Positions 10,070-20,419 of a stretch of DNA of 41,298 nucleotides are shown piece by piece. The notes under the pieces are model-generated. The model was not told the origin of the DNA. It saw nothing but the letters and a program-made list of their open reading frames with translations, and ran no database searches. Position numbers and translations under genes: made by a program. How positions within the stretch are numbered: position 1 is the stretch's first letter; each line of letters begins with the position of its first letter. The stretch is taken from contig JAOUEV010000030.1 of assembly GCA_029858565.1 (NCBI GenBank), positions 1 to 41,298 on the forward strand. Direction: 5' to 3'. The DNA is from Nitrospirota bacterium (GTDB lineage Bacteria; Nitrospirota; UBA9217).

Positions 10070-11539
10070 ATGGCATACGAAAATATCAGGGATTTCATAA
10101 CGCAGCTGGAACAGCGGGGGGAACTCGTCCGCATCAAGGCCGAGGTCGACGCGGTACTCGAGATTGCGGAGATAACAGACCGTGTTTCCAAGGAGCAGGG
10201 AACTGCGAACAAAGCCCTCCTGTTCGAACGGGTACGGGGATCGGCATTTCCTGTCCTGACGAATGCCTTTGGTTCCATGGAGCGGATGTGTCTTGCACTT
10301 GAGGTCGGTAGTCTCGACGAAATCGGTAAACGGATACGGGACATCGTAGACCCGGTCAGCCTGTTTCCTGCACCGGGAGCCGGTCTTATGGACAAGCTCC
10401 AGATGCTGCCGAAACTGGCGGAACTTTCCAACTTCTTTCCGAAAACCGTGAAAAAAGCGCCTTGTCAGGATGTGGTCCTTACCGGCGACAAGGTGGACCT
10501 GGGGATGATACCGATCCTGCAGTGCTGGCCGGGGGACGGAGGGCGGTTCATAACTCTGCCGATGGTCTGCACGGTCGATCCAGGTACTAGGATAACCAAT
10601 GTCGGCATGTATCGCATGCAGGTCTTTGATAATCGGACGACCGGCATGCACTGGCATAAGCACAAGGACGGAGCGCGTCATTACCAGCACTACGAAGCCG
10701 CGGGAAAGAGGATGGAGGTTGCTGTGGCCATCGGAGGTGACCCGTCGATCATCTATGCCGCGACCGCGCCCCTTCCTCCTGCCATTGGCGAATATGTGTT
10801 CGCAGGGTTCCTGCGACAGCGTCCGCTTGAGGTCGTGCAGTGCAAAACAGTCGACGTCCGTGTTCCGGCTGAGGCGGAGTTCGTGCTTGAGGGTTATGTT
10901 GAGCCGGGAGAACGGCGGGTGGAAGGGCCTTTTGGAGACCATACCGGCTACTATTCCGAGGCAGATGAGTATCCGGTCTTTCATCTTACCGCAATCACAC
11001 ATCGCAAGGACGCTCTTTATCCCGCAACGCTTGTGGGAAGGCCTCCTCAAGAGGATGCATATCTGGGCAAGGCTACGGAGCGTATTTTTCTCCCGCTCCT
11101 GCAGATGGTTGCGCCGGATATCCTGGATATGGACATGCCGGTTGAAGGGGTCTTTCATAACAATGTGATCGTCAAGATCAGGAAGCGCTATCCCGGCCAC
11201 GGAAAGAAAGTCATCCACACGATCTGGGGTACGGGCATGCTGATGCTCTCCAAGTTCGTCATCGTCTGCGATGAAGACGTGAACATCCATGATTATTCCG
11301 AGGTTACCTGGAAGGTCATGAACCACGTTGATCCGCAACGTGACGTTGTCATTACCGACGGTCCACTGGACATCCTGGACCACTCCTGTCCGCAGATCGG
11401 ATTCGGCGGCAAGATGGGGATCGACGCAACGCGCAAAGGTCCTGGTGAGGGATTTTCACGACCATGGCCGGGAGAGGTGATCATGGACCCGTTGGTGCGG
11501 GCAACTGTCGACGCGCGGTGGAGGGAGTATGGATTTTAA
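10070..11539 (+). CDS. ubiD: UbiD-family prFMN decarboxylase, likely menaquinone (futalosine pathway) biosynthesis decarboxylase
   Basis: Motifs NVGMYRMQ, GMHWHKHKDG, EGPFGDHTGYY, VGRPPQED and GKMGIDAT. Confidence 0.88.
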   Translation: MAYENIRDFITQLEQRGELVRIKAEVDAVLEIAEITDRVSKEQGTANKALLFERVRGSAFPVLTNAFGSMERMCLALEVGSLDEIGKRIRDIVDPVSLFPAPGAGLMDKLQMLPKLAELSNFFPKTVKKAPCQDVVLTGDKVDLGMIPILQCWPGDGGRFITLPMVCTVDPGTRITNVGMYRMQVFDNRTTGMHWHKHKDGARHYQHYEAAGKRMEVAVAIGGDPSIIYAATAPLPPAIGEYVFAGFLRQRPLEVVQCKTVDVRVPAEAEFVLEGYVEPGERRVEGPFGDHTGYYSEADEYPVFHLTAITHRKDALYPATLVGRPPQEDAYLGKATERIFLPLLQMVAPDILDMDMPVEGVFHNNVIVKIRKRYPGHGKKVIHTIWGTGMLMLSKFVIVCDEDVNIHDYSEVTWKVMNHVDPQRDVVITDGPLDILDHSCPQIGFGGKMGIDATRKGPGEGFSRPWPGEVIMDPLVRATVDARWREYGF

Positions 11540-11654
11540 TGCCCGATGACAGGTCCTGCAGTCCATATGATGAGCGCTTCATGCTGAAAATCCGGACCAT
11601 TGAAAAAATGTCCTATGCTGCATGCCGGCAGGTCGTAATCAGGTCTGAGCGTCT

Positions 11655-12992
11655 ATGCTGTTGATCGAACTTAGCGCGATCGTACTTCTGATCTTGGTGA
11701 ACGGATATTTTGCCGCAACCGAGATCGCGCTTATCTCTCTGAGAAAAAGCCGCGTGCGGCACTTGGTCAAGGCCGGTAATCGCACGGCGAAGCGCGTACA
11801 GAGGCTGCAGGAGCAGCCCGAGCGTTTTCTCGCTACCGTACAGATCGGGGTCACCCTGGTCGGCACCTTGGCCTCGGCTCTCGGAGGCATCATCGCAGTC
11901 GAGCAGTTGTCTCCGCTCCTGAGAGAGTTGCCGTTCGAAGCAGTCAGCAAGGCATCGGAAGCCATCTCCGTCGGTATCATGGTGACGGCCATCACGTACC
12001 TGTCCCTCGTCGCGGGCGAACTGGTGCCGAAATCCCTCGCCATGCGATATTCTGAGCAGATCGCATTTTTTACCGCAGCTCCGATAGACAGCATGTCGCG
12101 TTTGTTCAGGTATGTCCTGCGGGTTCTGGAAGCTTCGAACAACGCTGTCCTCCGTCTCTTCAAGGTAACATCGGAACATGAACCTGTGCTGGTTTCGGAA
12201 GATGAAGTAAAGTATCTGATCCGCGAGGGCCGGAATTCCGGAGTTTTCGAATCCTCTGAGGAGGACCTGATCCATAGTGTTTTCCGGTTCACCGATACGG
12301 TCGTCCGGGAGGTCATGGTGCCGAGGACCGATATCGTCGCGGTCGAGATGGGAAGCGACCTCGATACGGTCCTCAAGGTGATGAATGAACGCGGCTTCTC
12401 GCGTCTTCCGGTGACAGCGGGGTCAGTCGACAATGTGGTAGGGATCGTGTATCTTAAGGATCTTCTTGCGGTCCACGTTGCGCGCCAGCCGTTCCAGTTG
12501 GAGCAAGTCCTTCGGAAGCCTTACATTGTGCCGCCAAACAAGAATGTCAATGTCCTGCTGAAGGAAATGCGCGAACGACGTATACATCTCGCGTTGGTAG
12601 GGGATGAATACGGCGGCATAGACGGTCTGGTAAGCATGGAAGACCTGATCGAAGAGATCGTCGGGGATATCCGTGACGAAAAGGAAAAGGACCTGCGGGA
12701 GATCGATGAGGTCGCGGCGAACAGATATGTCATAGACGGCAAGACAGATATCGGGAAAGTGAATCGTAAGCTCGGCGTCACGATACCGGAAGATGAATTT
12801 GAGACGCTGGGAGGTTTTGTTCTGGGTCTTTTCGGACGTCTTCCGGCGGAAGGCGACCAACTCCGTTATGACAACCTCATGATAACGGTACTGCGGCTCA
12901 GAAAGAACCGTATCGCCCGTGTCCGGGTGCTGAAATACGTGGAAGAGCCAGAAAAGCAAGGAGATGATGATGATCACGACGAACATACTTGA
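11655..12992 (+). CDS. HlyC/CorC family (CNNM + CBS pair + CorC) membrane protein
   Basis: Motifs [59 protein letters not shown] and ETLGGF. Confidence 0.92.
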   Translation: MLLIELSAIVLLILVNGYFAATEIALISLRKSRVRHLVKAGNRTAKRVQRLQEQPERFLATVQIGVTLVGTLASALGGIIAVEQLSPLLRELPFEAVSKASEAISVGIMVTAITYLSLVAGELVPKSLAMRYSEQIAFFTAAPIDSMSRLFRYVLRVLEASNNAVLRLFKVTSEHEPVLVSEDEVKYLIREGRNSGVFESSEEDLIHSVFRFTDTVVREVMVPRTDIVAVEMGSDLDTVLKVMNERGFSRLPVTAGSVDNVVGIVYLKDLLAVHVARQPFQLEQVLRKPYIVPPNKNVNVLLKEMRERRIHLALVGDEYGGIDGLVSMEDLIEEIVGDIRDEKEKDLREIDEVAANRYVIDGKTDIGKVNRKLGVTIPEDEFETLGGFVLGLFGRLPAEGDQLRYDNLMITVLRLRKNRIARVRVLKYVEEPEKQGDDDDHDEHT

Positions 12993-13854
12993 AACGAATA
13001 TTCCCGGTTTGCCTGCTCCCAAACGCGGCAAAGTGCGGGATATATATGATGTCGGGGATGGCCTGCTGATCGTGGCGACTGACCGCATATCTGCTTTTGA
13101 TGTGATACTTCCCAACGCGATCCCTCACAAGGGAAGGGTCCTGACCGAGATATCGAGCTACTGGTTCTCGCGGACAACGGACATTGTCAGGAACCATTTG
13201 ATCTCCACGAACGTGGCTGATTTTCCCGAGTCCTGCCGCCGTCACGCTGATGTCCTTGCCGGTCGGAGCATGTTCGTCAAGAAAGCGAAGCCGCTTCCCG
13301 TGGAGTGCATTGTTCGGGGGTATCTTACCGGCTCCGGTCTGAAAGAGTACCGCTCCTCCGGTGCGGTATCGGGCATCAAGCTTCCTTCCGGATTGACAGA
13401 AGCATCAAAGCTTCCTGAACCGATATTCACGCCGTCCACAAAAGCGGAGGTCGGTGAACACGACGTGAATATCGATTATGCAGGAGTTGTGAACCTGGTC
13501 GGCGCGGAGACCGCCGGCAAAGTGAGGGATCTGACCCTGGCGGTGTATAAACGGGCATGCGAGTTGGCTGAACCAAAGGGGATCATCATTGCGGACACCA
13601 AGCTCGAATTCGGCATTTTTGATGGCCAGGTTATGCTCATTGACGAAGTGCTCACGCCTGATTCATCCCGGTTCTGGCCAAAGCAGGGCTACACCGTAGG
13701 GGTGTCCCAGAAGAGCTTTGACAAACAGTTTGTTCGTGACTATCTCATAGCACTTAACTGGAACCAAAAACCACCGGCCCCGGTACTGCCAGACGATGTC
13801 GTCGCAAGAACGTCCGAGAAATACCTGGAAGTCCTCGCGCTTCTGACCGCCTGA
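12970..13854 (+). CDS. purC: SAICAR synthase
   Basis: Motifs [52 protein letters not shown] and DKQFVRD. The third of three tandem ATGs is best spaced from AAGGAG. Confidence 0.95.
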   Translation: MITTNILETNIPGLPAPKRGKVRDIYDVGDGLLIVATDRISAFDVILPNAIPHKGRVLTEISSYWFSRTTDIVRNHLISTNVADFPESCRRHADVLAGRSMFVKKAKPLPVECIVRGYLTGSGLKEYRSSGAVSGIKLPSGLTEASKLPEPIFTPSTKAEVGEHDVNIDYAGVVNLVGAETAGKVRDLTLAVYKRACELAEPKGIIIADTKLEFGIFDGQVMLIDEVLTPDSSRFWPKQGYTVGVSQKSFDKQFVRDYLIALNWNQKPPAPVLPDDVVARTSEKYLEVLALLTA

Positions 13855-13909
13855 TCGTTATGTTCCGATACCGTTGTGTATTGTTCGCAATGTCCTGAAA
13901 GGAAGTTTC

Positions 13910-15388
13910 ATGGAAGATTACAATGATCTGATACAGCAGCGCTTTAAAAAGCTCGAAGAGATCGGAGCGCTGGGCGTAAAGGCCTATGCCGGCCGCTTCG
14001 ATGTGACCGCAACAACACAAACAGTAACCGAGGTTCACGGCAAACGGACCAAGGAAGAGCTGGAGGCGAACAAGGTCACGCTGTCCATGGCTGGGCGTAT
14101 CGTTGCGCTCAGAAGCTTTGGAAAGGCCTGTTTCGCCCACATTCAGGATGGCCATGGCAGGGTGCAGTTGTACTTCCAGAAAAATACCATCGGCGAGGAA
14201 CGGTACGGGCTGTTCAAGAAGCTTGATATCGGCGATTTTGTCGGTGTTTCCGGTTTCTTGTTTCGTACGCGGACCGATGAACTTACTCTGGACGTCCAGG
14301 AGTTCGTTCTCCTTGCCAAGTCGCTCCGCCCGCTTCCGGAAAAGTGGCATGGCCTAACCGACGTCGAGATCCGGTATCGCCAGAGGTATGTGGACCTCAT
14401 TGTCAATCCGGAAGTGAAGAATGTCTTCATTTTACGCAGCAAGATCGTCCAGTCGATACGGTCTTTTCTGAACAGCCGCGGATTTCTCGAGGTCGAGACG
14501 CCGATGATGCAAGGGATACCAGGCGGCGCAACCGCGAGACCTTTCAAGACCCACCATAACGCACTGAACATGGAACTCTTCTTACGTATCGCGCCAGAGC
14601 TTTATCTGAAGCGACTGCTGGTGGGCGGATTCGAACGCGTGTATGAGATCAACAGGAACTTCAGGAATGAGGGGATTTCAACTCGGCACAATCCTGAATT
14701 CACCATGCTCGAGTTCTACATGGCCTATGCTGATTATAAAGATCTGATCGCCATGACAGAACAAATGATCAGCACCGTCGCGCTCGAGACCATCGGTACC
14801 ACGACGGTTCAGTACGAAGGCCATACGATAAGCCTTGCGGCGCCCTGGAAACGGCTGACCTACCTGGATTCTCTTCGAGAGGCAGGGGTCCCTGAAGAGG
14901 TCATCTCGGACAGTGAGAAAGCGCGGACCTATGCACGCTCGCTTGGCGCATCCTTGAAGGGCGGGGAGCCGCTGGGAAAGGTCCTGAATGAGATCTTTGA
15001 AGCAAAGGTCGAGCCGAACCTGATCCAGCCCACCTTTATCACCGATTATCCCACGGATATCTCGCCATTGTCGAAGAAGAAAGATGATGACCCGAACTTC
15101 GTTGAGCGGTTCGAGCTCTTCGTGCTCGGCCGGGAGATGGCGAACGCTTTTTCAGAGCTCAATGATCCGATTGATCAAAAAGAACGGTTCCTTAAGCAGG
15201 TCTCGGAAAGGGAGTCCGGCGACGAGGAAGCCCACCAGATGGACGAGGATTTCATTCGTGCTCTGGAATACGGTATGCCGCCTGCGGCAGGGGAAGGCAT
15301 CGGTATCGACAGGCTTGTCATGCTCTTGACCGGATCGTCGTCCATACGAGATGTCATTCTTTTCCCGCAAATGAAGAAGGAAAAATAG
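13910..15388 (+). CDS. lysS: Lysine--tRNA ligase (class II)
   Basis: Motifs LPEKWHGL, RYRQRYVDL, EVETPMM, LRIAPELYLKRL, FRNEG, HNPEFT and GIGIDRL. ATG 13910 follows AAGGAAG. Confidence 0.96.
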   Translation: MEDYNDLIQQRFKKLEEIGALGVKAYAGRFDVTATTQTVTEVHGKRTKEELEANKVTLSMAGRIVALRSFGKACFAHIQDGHGRVQLYFQKNTIGEERYGLFKKLDIGDFVGVSGFLFRTRTDELTLDVQEFVLLAKSLRPLPEKWHGLTDVEIRYRQRYVDLIVNPEVKNVFILRSKIVQSIRSFLNSRGFLEVETPMMQGIPGGATARPFKTHHNALNMELFLRIAPELYLKRLLVGGFERVYEINRNFRNEGISTRHNPEFTMLEFYMAYADYKDLIAMTEQMISTVALETIGTTTVQYEGHTISLAAPWKRLTYLDSLREAGVPEEVISDSEKARTYARSLGASLKGGEPLGKVLNEIFEAKVEPNLIQPTFITDYPTDISPLSKKKDDDPNFVERFELFVLGREMANAFSELNDPIDQKERFLKQVSERESGDEEAHQMDEDFIRALEYGMPPAAGEGIGIDRLVMLLTGSSSIRDVILFPQMKKEK

Positions 15389-15512
15389 AGATCAAGACCG
15401 GAGTGCAGCGCGTATTCACGATGCTGCAGCCGATTCTGATAATAGTGCAATCTCATTACGGCAGTGTTTTTACTTCGGGTTTCGGCATCGTCAAGAAAGA
15501 CCAGGGACTATA

Positions 15513-16748
15513 TTGAAATTACCCTTTGAAATATTCGTCAGTCTCCGGTATCTCCGGAGCAAGAAGCGCTATGGGACGGTATCGCTGAACACCTTTATTT
15601 CCGTCGCAGGAGTCATGATAGGAGTTGCTACGTCAATTATAACCCTGTCGGTCATGACCGGATTTCAGGGGTATTTTCGGGACAAGATCCTCTCCGCGAT
15701 CTCTCATGTGGTTGTCATGGACTTTTCCGGACAGGGAGTCAAGGACGCGTCGGCGCTTCAGGCGCAGGTTGCAAAGGTCCCCCATGTTACGGCGACGACA
15801 CCTTTCATTATCAACCAGGTCATGCTGGCTGCGAACGAGCGAGTGCAGGGTGTGGTCGTGCGCGGGATCGATCCGAGGACCGAGGGAAATGTCACTGACC
15901 TGAAAAAGAATATGAAGGAAGGTTCGCTCGAAGCGCTGGAGGTGGAAGGGAAACTCCTGCCAGGGATCATTGTCGGTGAGGATCTCGCGAGGAAGTTCGG
16001 CGCGACAACAGGCGACACGATCACCATGGTGAATCCCATTGGCGAGGAAAGTGTCATGGGGATGGTTCCCAAAATGAGAAAATTCCAGCTCGTCGGAATT
16101 TTTGACGCCGGCATGTACGATTACAATACAGGATTTGTCTATATAGCATTGCCGGAGGCCCAGAAGTTCTTCAATATGCCGGGCAGGGTCAGCGGCATCC
16201 AGGTAAGGGTCGACGATATCTACCAGGCGGCGCAGACCGCTGATGCTGTTCAGGCTTCCGTGGGATATCCCTATTATACGAGGAACTGGATCGAGATGAA
16301 CAAGAACTTCTTCTCGGCACTGAAGCTCGAAAAGATCGGCATGTCGCTGATCCTTGCGGTCATCATCATCGTTGCATCGTTCAATATCATCGGCACACTG
16401 ACGATGATCGTAATGGAAAAGAGCCGGGAGATAGCGATACTCAAATCAATGGGCGCCACTGAACGGAGTATCATGAATATATTCATGATCAGCGGTCTGA
16501 TCATCGGTCTCGTGGGCACGGTGATCGGGGCCGTGCTCGGTTATGGCGCGGTCACGGTCATTTCCCGTAGCGGTCTGATAAGCCTGCCCAAAGATGTCTA
16601 TCAGGTAGGGCATCTGCCGCTGGCGATAACCGGGTACGATATTCTTTTCATATCGTTGATGGCACTTGGCATCAGTTTTCTGGCAACCATCTATCCTGCG
16701 TGGCAGGCCGCGCGTCAGGACCCGGTAGAGGTCCTGAGGTACGAATAA
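15513..16748 (+). CDS. lolE: Lipoprotein-releasing ABC transporter permease LolC/LolE
   Basis: Motifs LRYLRSKK, LSVMTGF, MEKSREIAILKSMGA and ATIYPAWQAARQDPVEVLRYE; lysS-lolE-lolD synteny. Confidence 0.9.
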   Translation: MKLPFEIFVSLRYLRSKKRYGTVSLNTFISVAGVMIGVATSIITLSVMTGFQGYFRDKILSAISHVVVMDFSGQGVKDASALQAQVAKVPHVTATTPFIINQVMLAANERVQGVVVRGIDPRTEGNVTDLKKNMKEGSLEALEVEGKLLPGIIVGEDLARKFGATTGDTITMVNPIGEESVMGMVPKMRKFQLVGIFDAGMYDYNTGFVYIALPEAQKFFNMPGRVSGIQVRVDDIYQAAQTADAVQASVGYPYYTRNWIEMNKNFFSALKLEKIGMSLILAVIIIVASFNIIGTLTMIVMEKSREIAILKSMGATERSIMNIFMISGLIIGLVGTVIGAVLGYGAVTVISRSGLISLPKDVYQVGHLPLAITGYDILFISLMALGISFLATIYPAWQAARQDPVEVLRYE

Positions 16749-16780
16749 ACAATTTATCATCCAATATGCGGAGGGACGTT

Positions 16781-17032
16781 ATGGCACAAAAGAGCGGTAA
16801 GTTCAAGAAGTTTGTCCTCACTATTCTATTGCTTGCTCTGCTAATACTTGTCTTTATCCTCGCCGGCGGCGGTGATCTGCTCAAGTCGGCAGGAAAGAAG
16901 ATGGAAGGTGCAGGACAGCAGGCGGATCGGCTGAAACAGAAGGTTGAGGAAAAGGCATCAACGGTCGAGAAAACAGTTGAAAAGACCGTTGAAAAAGGGA
17001 TCGATACCTTAAAACCGGGAGAAAAGAAATAG
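16781..17032 (+). CDS. Small (83 aa) single-TM protein with Lys/Glu-rich helical tail
   Basis: GGAGGG RBS, then a basic N-terminus, hydrophobic FVLTILLLALLILVFILAGGG and a TVEK x3 repeat. Fills the lolE-lolD gap. Confidence 0.7.
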   Translation: MAQKSGKFKKFVLTILLLALLILVFILAGGGDLLKSAGKKMEGAGQQADRLKQKVEEKASTVEKTVEKTVEKGIDTLKPGEKK

Positions 17033-17709
17033 ATACGTCTGTCATATCTCTACAGCAGGTCAGGAAGTCCTTTAAAAGCGGCGCTGAAATACTGCATGTC
17101 CTGAGCGGTATCGACCTTGAGATCGCCAAAGGCGAGATGCTTGCTATTGTCGGAGCCTCTGGTGTCGGCAAAAGCACCCTGCTGCACATTGTCGGAGGGC
17201 TGGAGCGGCCGACGAGCGGCACCGTCCATTACGGAGATGACGATCTCTACGCCTTATCGCAGGAGGCTTTGGCCGGATTCCGCAACAAGAGGGTAGGGTT
17301 CGTTTTCCAGTTCCATCATCTGCTTCCGGAGTTCACGGCGCTGGAAAATGTCATGATGCCTGCGTTGGTGCGCAGAATGGACCGGGAACTGGCACTGGAA
17401 GCGGCAAGGAAGGTTCTTGGGCAGGTGGGACTCGGCAGTCGCGGACATCATCGGCCTGGAGAACTGTCAGGAGGGGAGCAGCAGCGTGTTGCCGTTGCAC
17501 GCGCCCTGATTCTCGAGCCTGATGTCGTCCTGGCCGATGAGCCCACGGGAAATCTGGACTCGCATACCGGGGAAGCGATCCATGAGCTGATCAAAACGCT
17601 GAACCGCGAGAAGAAGACCACCTTCATCATTGTGACCCATAATGACAAGCTGGCAATGAGGGCTGATCGTGTGTTCAGGATGGCTGAAGGGATGTTGACG
17701 CTCCAGTAA
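17029..17709 (+). CDS. lolD: Lipoprotein-releasing ABC transporter ATPase LolD; probable non-canonical ATA start
   Basis: Motifs GASGVGKST, GFVFQFHHLLPEF, LSGGEQQRVA, LADEPTGNLD and VTHN. The ABC N-terminus (ISLQQVRKSF...LHVLSGIDLEI) lies upstream of the first ATG (17137). Confidence 0.9.
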   Translation: MDTSVISLQQVRKSFKSGAEILHVLSGIDLEIAKGEMLAIVGASGVGKSTLLHIVGGLERPTSGTVHYGDDDLYALSQEALAGFRNKRVGFVFQFHHLLPEFTALENVMMPALVRRMDRELALEAARKVLGQVGLGSRGHHRPGELSGGEQQRVAVARALILEPDVVLADEPTGNLDSHTGEAIHELIKTLNREKKTTFIIVTHNDKLAMRADRVFRMAEGMLTLQ

Positions 17710-18547
17710 CCGTGAGGGTTATCCACTTCCCATCGGTCAAGGTGTCTGACAGACTGAGACCGGAGATCTTCATGGCATTGATAACTTCCGTCTCCTGGCC
17801 TTTCAGTATGCCTGAAAGAATGGCGATCCCGCGCGGCTCCAGAAGTCCGGCGATCTCCTTCGCAAGTGCTACGAGCGTTCCGGAGATGAGATTCGCTGCG
17901 ATCATATTATAGCGTCCTGTTGCATAACTGATATCTCCCTTGATAAGTTTTACCGCACCTGCCTGGTTTAACTCAAGGTTCCCTCTGGCAGCCTCGATCG
18001 CCAGCGGATCCGTATCAATCCCATCTATCGAGCGAAAACCTAATTTCAACGCCGCGATGGCCAGGAGTCCTGTCCCCGTTCCGATGTCCAGGAACCGGTC
18101 ATGCTCAACACGGTCGGCATGTTTTTCCATGAGGATCAGGCACGACCTGGTCGTTTCGTGATGACCGGTGCCGAAGGCCATGCCGGGGTCTATGATCAGG
18201 GCGATGCGGTTCTCTGTGTGCCGGTCCCATGGTGGGCGGATGCTGAAATGATGACCGATATCTACAGGAGGAAAGTTCTTTTTCCAGTCGATGTTCCAGT
18301 CTTGGTCGCCAAGGACCGCGTAATCAAAAGAAAGGGCGGAGTCTGGAACTGTTCCACCAATGTCAAGGAGCGATCGCATCACTGAAAGCTCTGTTGCAAC
18401 GGCCTGTCGGTCCGCTGAAAGAGGGAAAAAGGCGATCAGCGAACCTTCTTCTTCTATGACGCCAAGGCAACCTTTGGTGTTAAGGTGCCTGGTAAGCGCC
18501 TCATGATAGCGGTCATGTAGCTTTATGGTGAATTGGTGATAAGGCAT
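17675..18547 (-). CDS. prmA: Ribosomal protein L11 methyltransferase
   Basis: Motifs DWNIDWKKNF, IIDPGMAFGTGHHETT, LDIGTGTGLLAI, ANLI and ILSGIL. Confidence 0.92.
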   Translation of the reverse strand: MPYHQFTIKLHDRYHEALTRHLNTKGCLGVIEEEGSLIAFFPLSADRQAVATELSVMRSLLDIGGTVPDSALSFDYAVLGDQDWNIDWKKNFPPVDIGHHFSIRPPWDRHTENRIALIIDPGMAFGTGHHETTRSCLILMEKHADRVEHDRFLDIGTGTGLLAIAALKLGFRSIDGIDTDPLAIEAARGNLELNQAGAVKLIKGDISYATGRYNMIAANLISGTLVALAKEIAGLLEPRGIAILSGILKGQETEVINAMKISGLSLSDTLTDGKWITLTVTGASTSLQPS

Positions 18548-18651
18548 AATTGATGGTCATTGTAGCAGATTTACTCACGGAGGTAAACATAGCTCTTTGT
18601 GAAATCTGCTCGTGTGGGATTGTTTCGCAGTGCCGGATAGAAGCCAACGTG

Positions 18652-18680
18652 TTGACAGGCAGTTCCCGGTATGATAGATT
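18652..18680 (+). promoter_or_regulatory. Sigma70-type promoter of the globin-PsiE gene
   Basis: TTGACA (18652-18657), 17 nt, TAGATT (18675-18680) with a TGn extension. GAGGA RBS precedes ATG 18699. Confidence 0.6.
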
Positions 18681-18698
18681 CACTATGCGAGGATAACT

Positions 18699-19595
18699 AT
18701 GAGGACATTTAAAGAGATAAAACAGGATTACCGCTTCACGCCTGATGACGAACGTCGTCTTGCCGACCTGAAGCCGCTCATGGACGAGCACGCGGAGGAG
18801 ATTCTGAGCACGGTTTCTCTCTGGTTCAAGGGCACGAAAGGCGCTGCTAAATTCTTTACCGAGGAAACTCTGCAGAAGCACGTATTTGATTCTCAGAAGG
18901 AATGGTTCCTGCTGCTCTTTTCGGGGAAATACGATAATACGTATTATGACAAGCTGATAAAGATCGGCATGGCGCATATGCGCCGGAACGTTGATGTGCA
19001 TTATCTTCACCGCATGGCGAACATTATTAAGAATTCCTGTACCGGCGCGCTGTCGAAGACAGACGACAGCAGGGAAGAGATGACGAGCAATATAGTCGTG
19101 CTCGGCAAGATCATCGATATGAGCCTCAATGTCATCACTAATGCCTATATTGAGGAAGAGATGCGGGTCTACTCGCCGGTATACAAGGTGCGCAGCGCTC
19201 TAATCAGCTTCTCCGAGCGATTTTCCCAGACGACGAACTTCATCCTGGTATTTGCGCTGATCGGCCTGACGCTTGGAGTGGTATGGCTGTTCTTGCGCGA
19301 CGTCATGCATATTTTCGAAGGTGATGTCGAGCGTGGTATCATATCAGCGCTTGGTTCCATGCTCCTCCTCTGGCTCATGATAGAGCTCATGAGCACGGAA
19401 ATTGCCCATTTGAAAGGCGGCAAGTTCCATATCAGCGTTTTTGTCGGTGTCGCTCTTGTCACGATGATCCGCGAGACGATGATCGCCACGCTTCGCCATG
19501 AGAAGCCTGAATCGATCTATTATCTTATCGCGGCCATTCTGGTCATCGGTTTTGTTTACTGGATCGTGACCAGGGCTGAAGACCGGTCCAAGTAG
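18699..19595 (+). CDS. Protoglobin/globin-sensor domain fused to a PsiE-like 4-TM domain
   Basis: N-terminal FTPDDERRLADL...QKEWFLLLFSGKYDNTYYDKLIKIGMAH (sensor-globin fold with proximal His). C-terminal region has four hydrophobic helices, including IELMST...FVGVALVTMIRE (PsiE-like). Confidence 0.75.
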   Translation: MRTFKEIKQDYRFTPDDERRLADLKPLMDEHAEEILSTVSLWFKGTKGAAKFFTEETLQKHVFDSQKEWFLLLFSGKYDNTYYDKLIKIGMAHMRRNVDVHYLHRMANIIKNSCTGALSKTDDSREEMTSNIVVLGKIIDMSLNVITNAYIEEEMRVYSPVYKVRSALISFSERFSQTTNFILVFALIGLTLGVVWLFLRDVMHIFEGDVERGIISALGSMLLLWLMIELMSTEIAHLKGGKFHISVFVGVALVTMIRETMIATLRHEKPESIYYLIAAILVIGFVYWIVTRAEDRSK

Positions 19596-19754
19596 CCATG
19601 GTTGACCTTATATCCCGTCAGCGGCATCTCTATCGCGGCTATTCCCACATTATTCGTCACTTCGTCACAGCCCTGTAAGTTCGTTCCTCGTATTTCAGTC
19701 GTGCAATGGCTTGATCCCGGTGCGTCGGGTCGATCTGTCTTGCGCGGCTCAATT

Positions 19755-19798
19755 CTATGATCCAGATCATAGTCGTATCAATTGCGAAAGCAGATAAT
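19755..19798 (+). promoter_or_regulatory. Crp/Fnr-type palindrome plus -10 element (class II activated promoter) for CBS-HPP
   Basis: Perfect inverted repeat CTATGATC-CA-GATCATAG (19755-19772). GATAAT (19793-19798) sits where a site centred at -41.5 predicts the -10. Confidence 0.6.
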
Positions 19799-19815
19799 GA
19801 TCATGCAGGATCAGG

Positions 19816-20419
19816 ATGCCTGAGGATAGTGGCCATGTCGAAAGATGCGTGTGCAGAAAAAACGACCTGAAGGACGAAGACTTCAGGGCGGCTCTCGTAG
19901 CTCTGAGGAATCATGTCGACATTACCGAGGAGGACCTTCTCAAGATCTATGAACTGGCGCTCAGGCATGTGCGGGAACGCCTTGTGGGACGCGTACCGGT
20001 CAGGGACGTCATGAGCACCAACGTCGTGACAGTGCAAAAGGGGATTGACGTACACGACGCCGCGCAACTTCTATCTGAACATCATATAAGCGGCATGCCC
20101 GTTGTCACCGATGAAGGCGCCGTGGCAGGTGTGCTTTCTGAGGATGATATTCTGGCCCTCATGGTCTTCCCGCGGGTGACATCGTTCCGGGACATCCTGC
20201 GGCATCTTTTAGGCGAACCTGTTCGCGCGAAACAAAACAGCGGATTAGTGGAGCATGTCCTCGCTGGCAGTCACCATTTCCCAGGATCGGGATGTTCGGG
20301 ATGCCGCTGAAGTGCTTCATGCCCGAAAGACCAAACGCCTTCCCGTGGTCGATCAAAATGGCAAGCTTGTAGGGATCATAACGCGCCCGGATATTGTGCG
20401 GGTGATCGGAAAGCTATGA
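19816..20419 (+). pseudogene. CBS-pair protein, frameshifted near 20254 (or assembly error)
   Basis: The first frame encodes CBS1 (VRDVMSTNVVTV...ISGMPVV). A second frame continues MSSLAVTISQDRDVRDAAEVLHARKTKRLPVVDQNGKLVGIITRPDIVRVIGKL*, whose TGA overlaps the HPP ATG. Confidence 0.8.

Noticed and set aside
19653-19668. TTCGTCAC tandem repeat in the globin-CBS intergenic region
   Set aside because: Only two 8-mers with no positional link to a promoter; compatible with chance.
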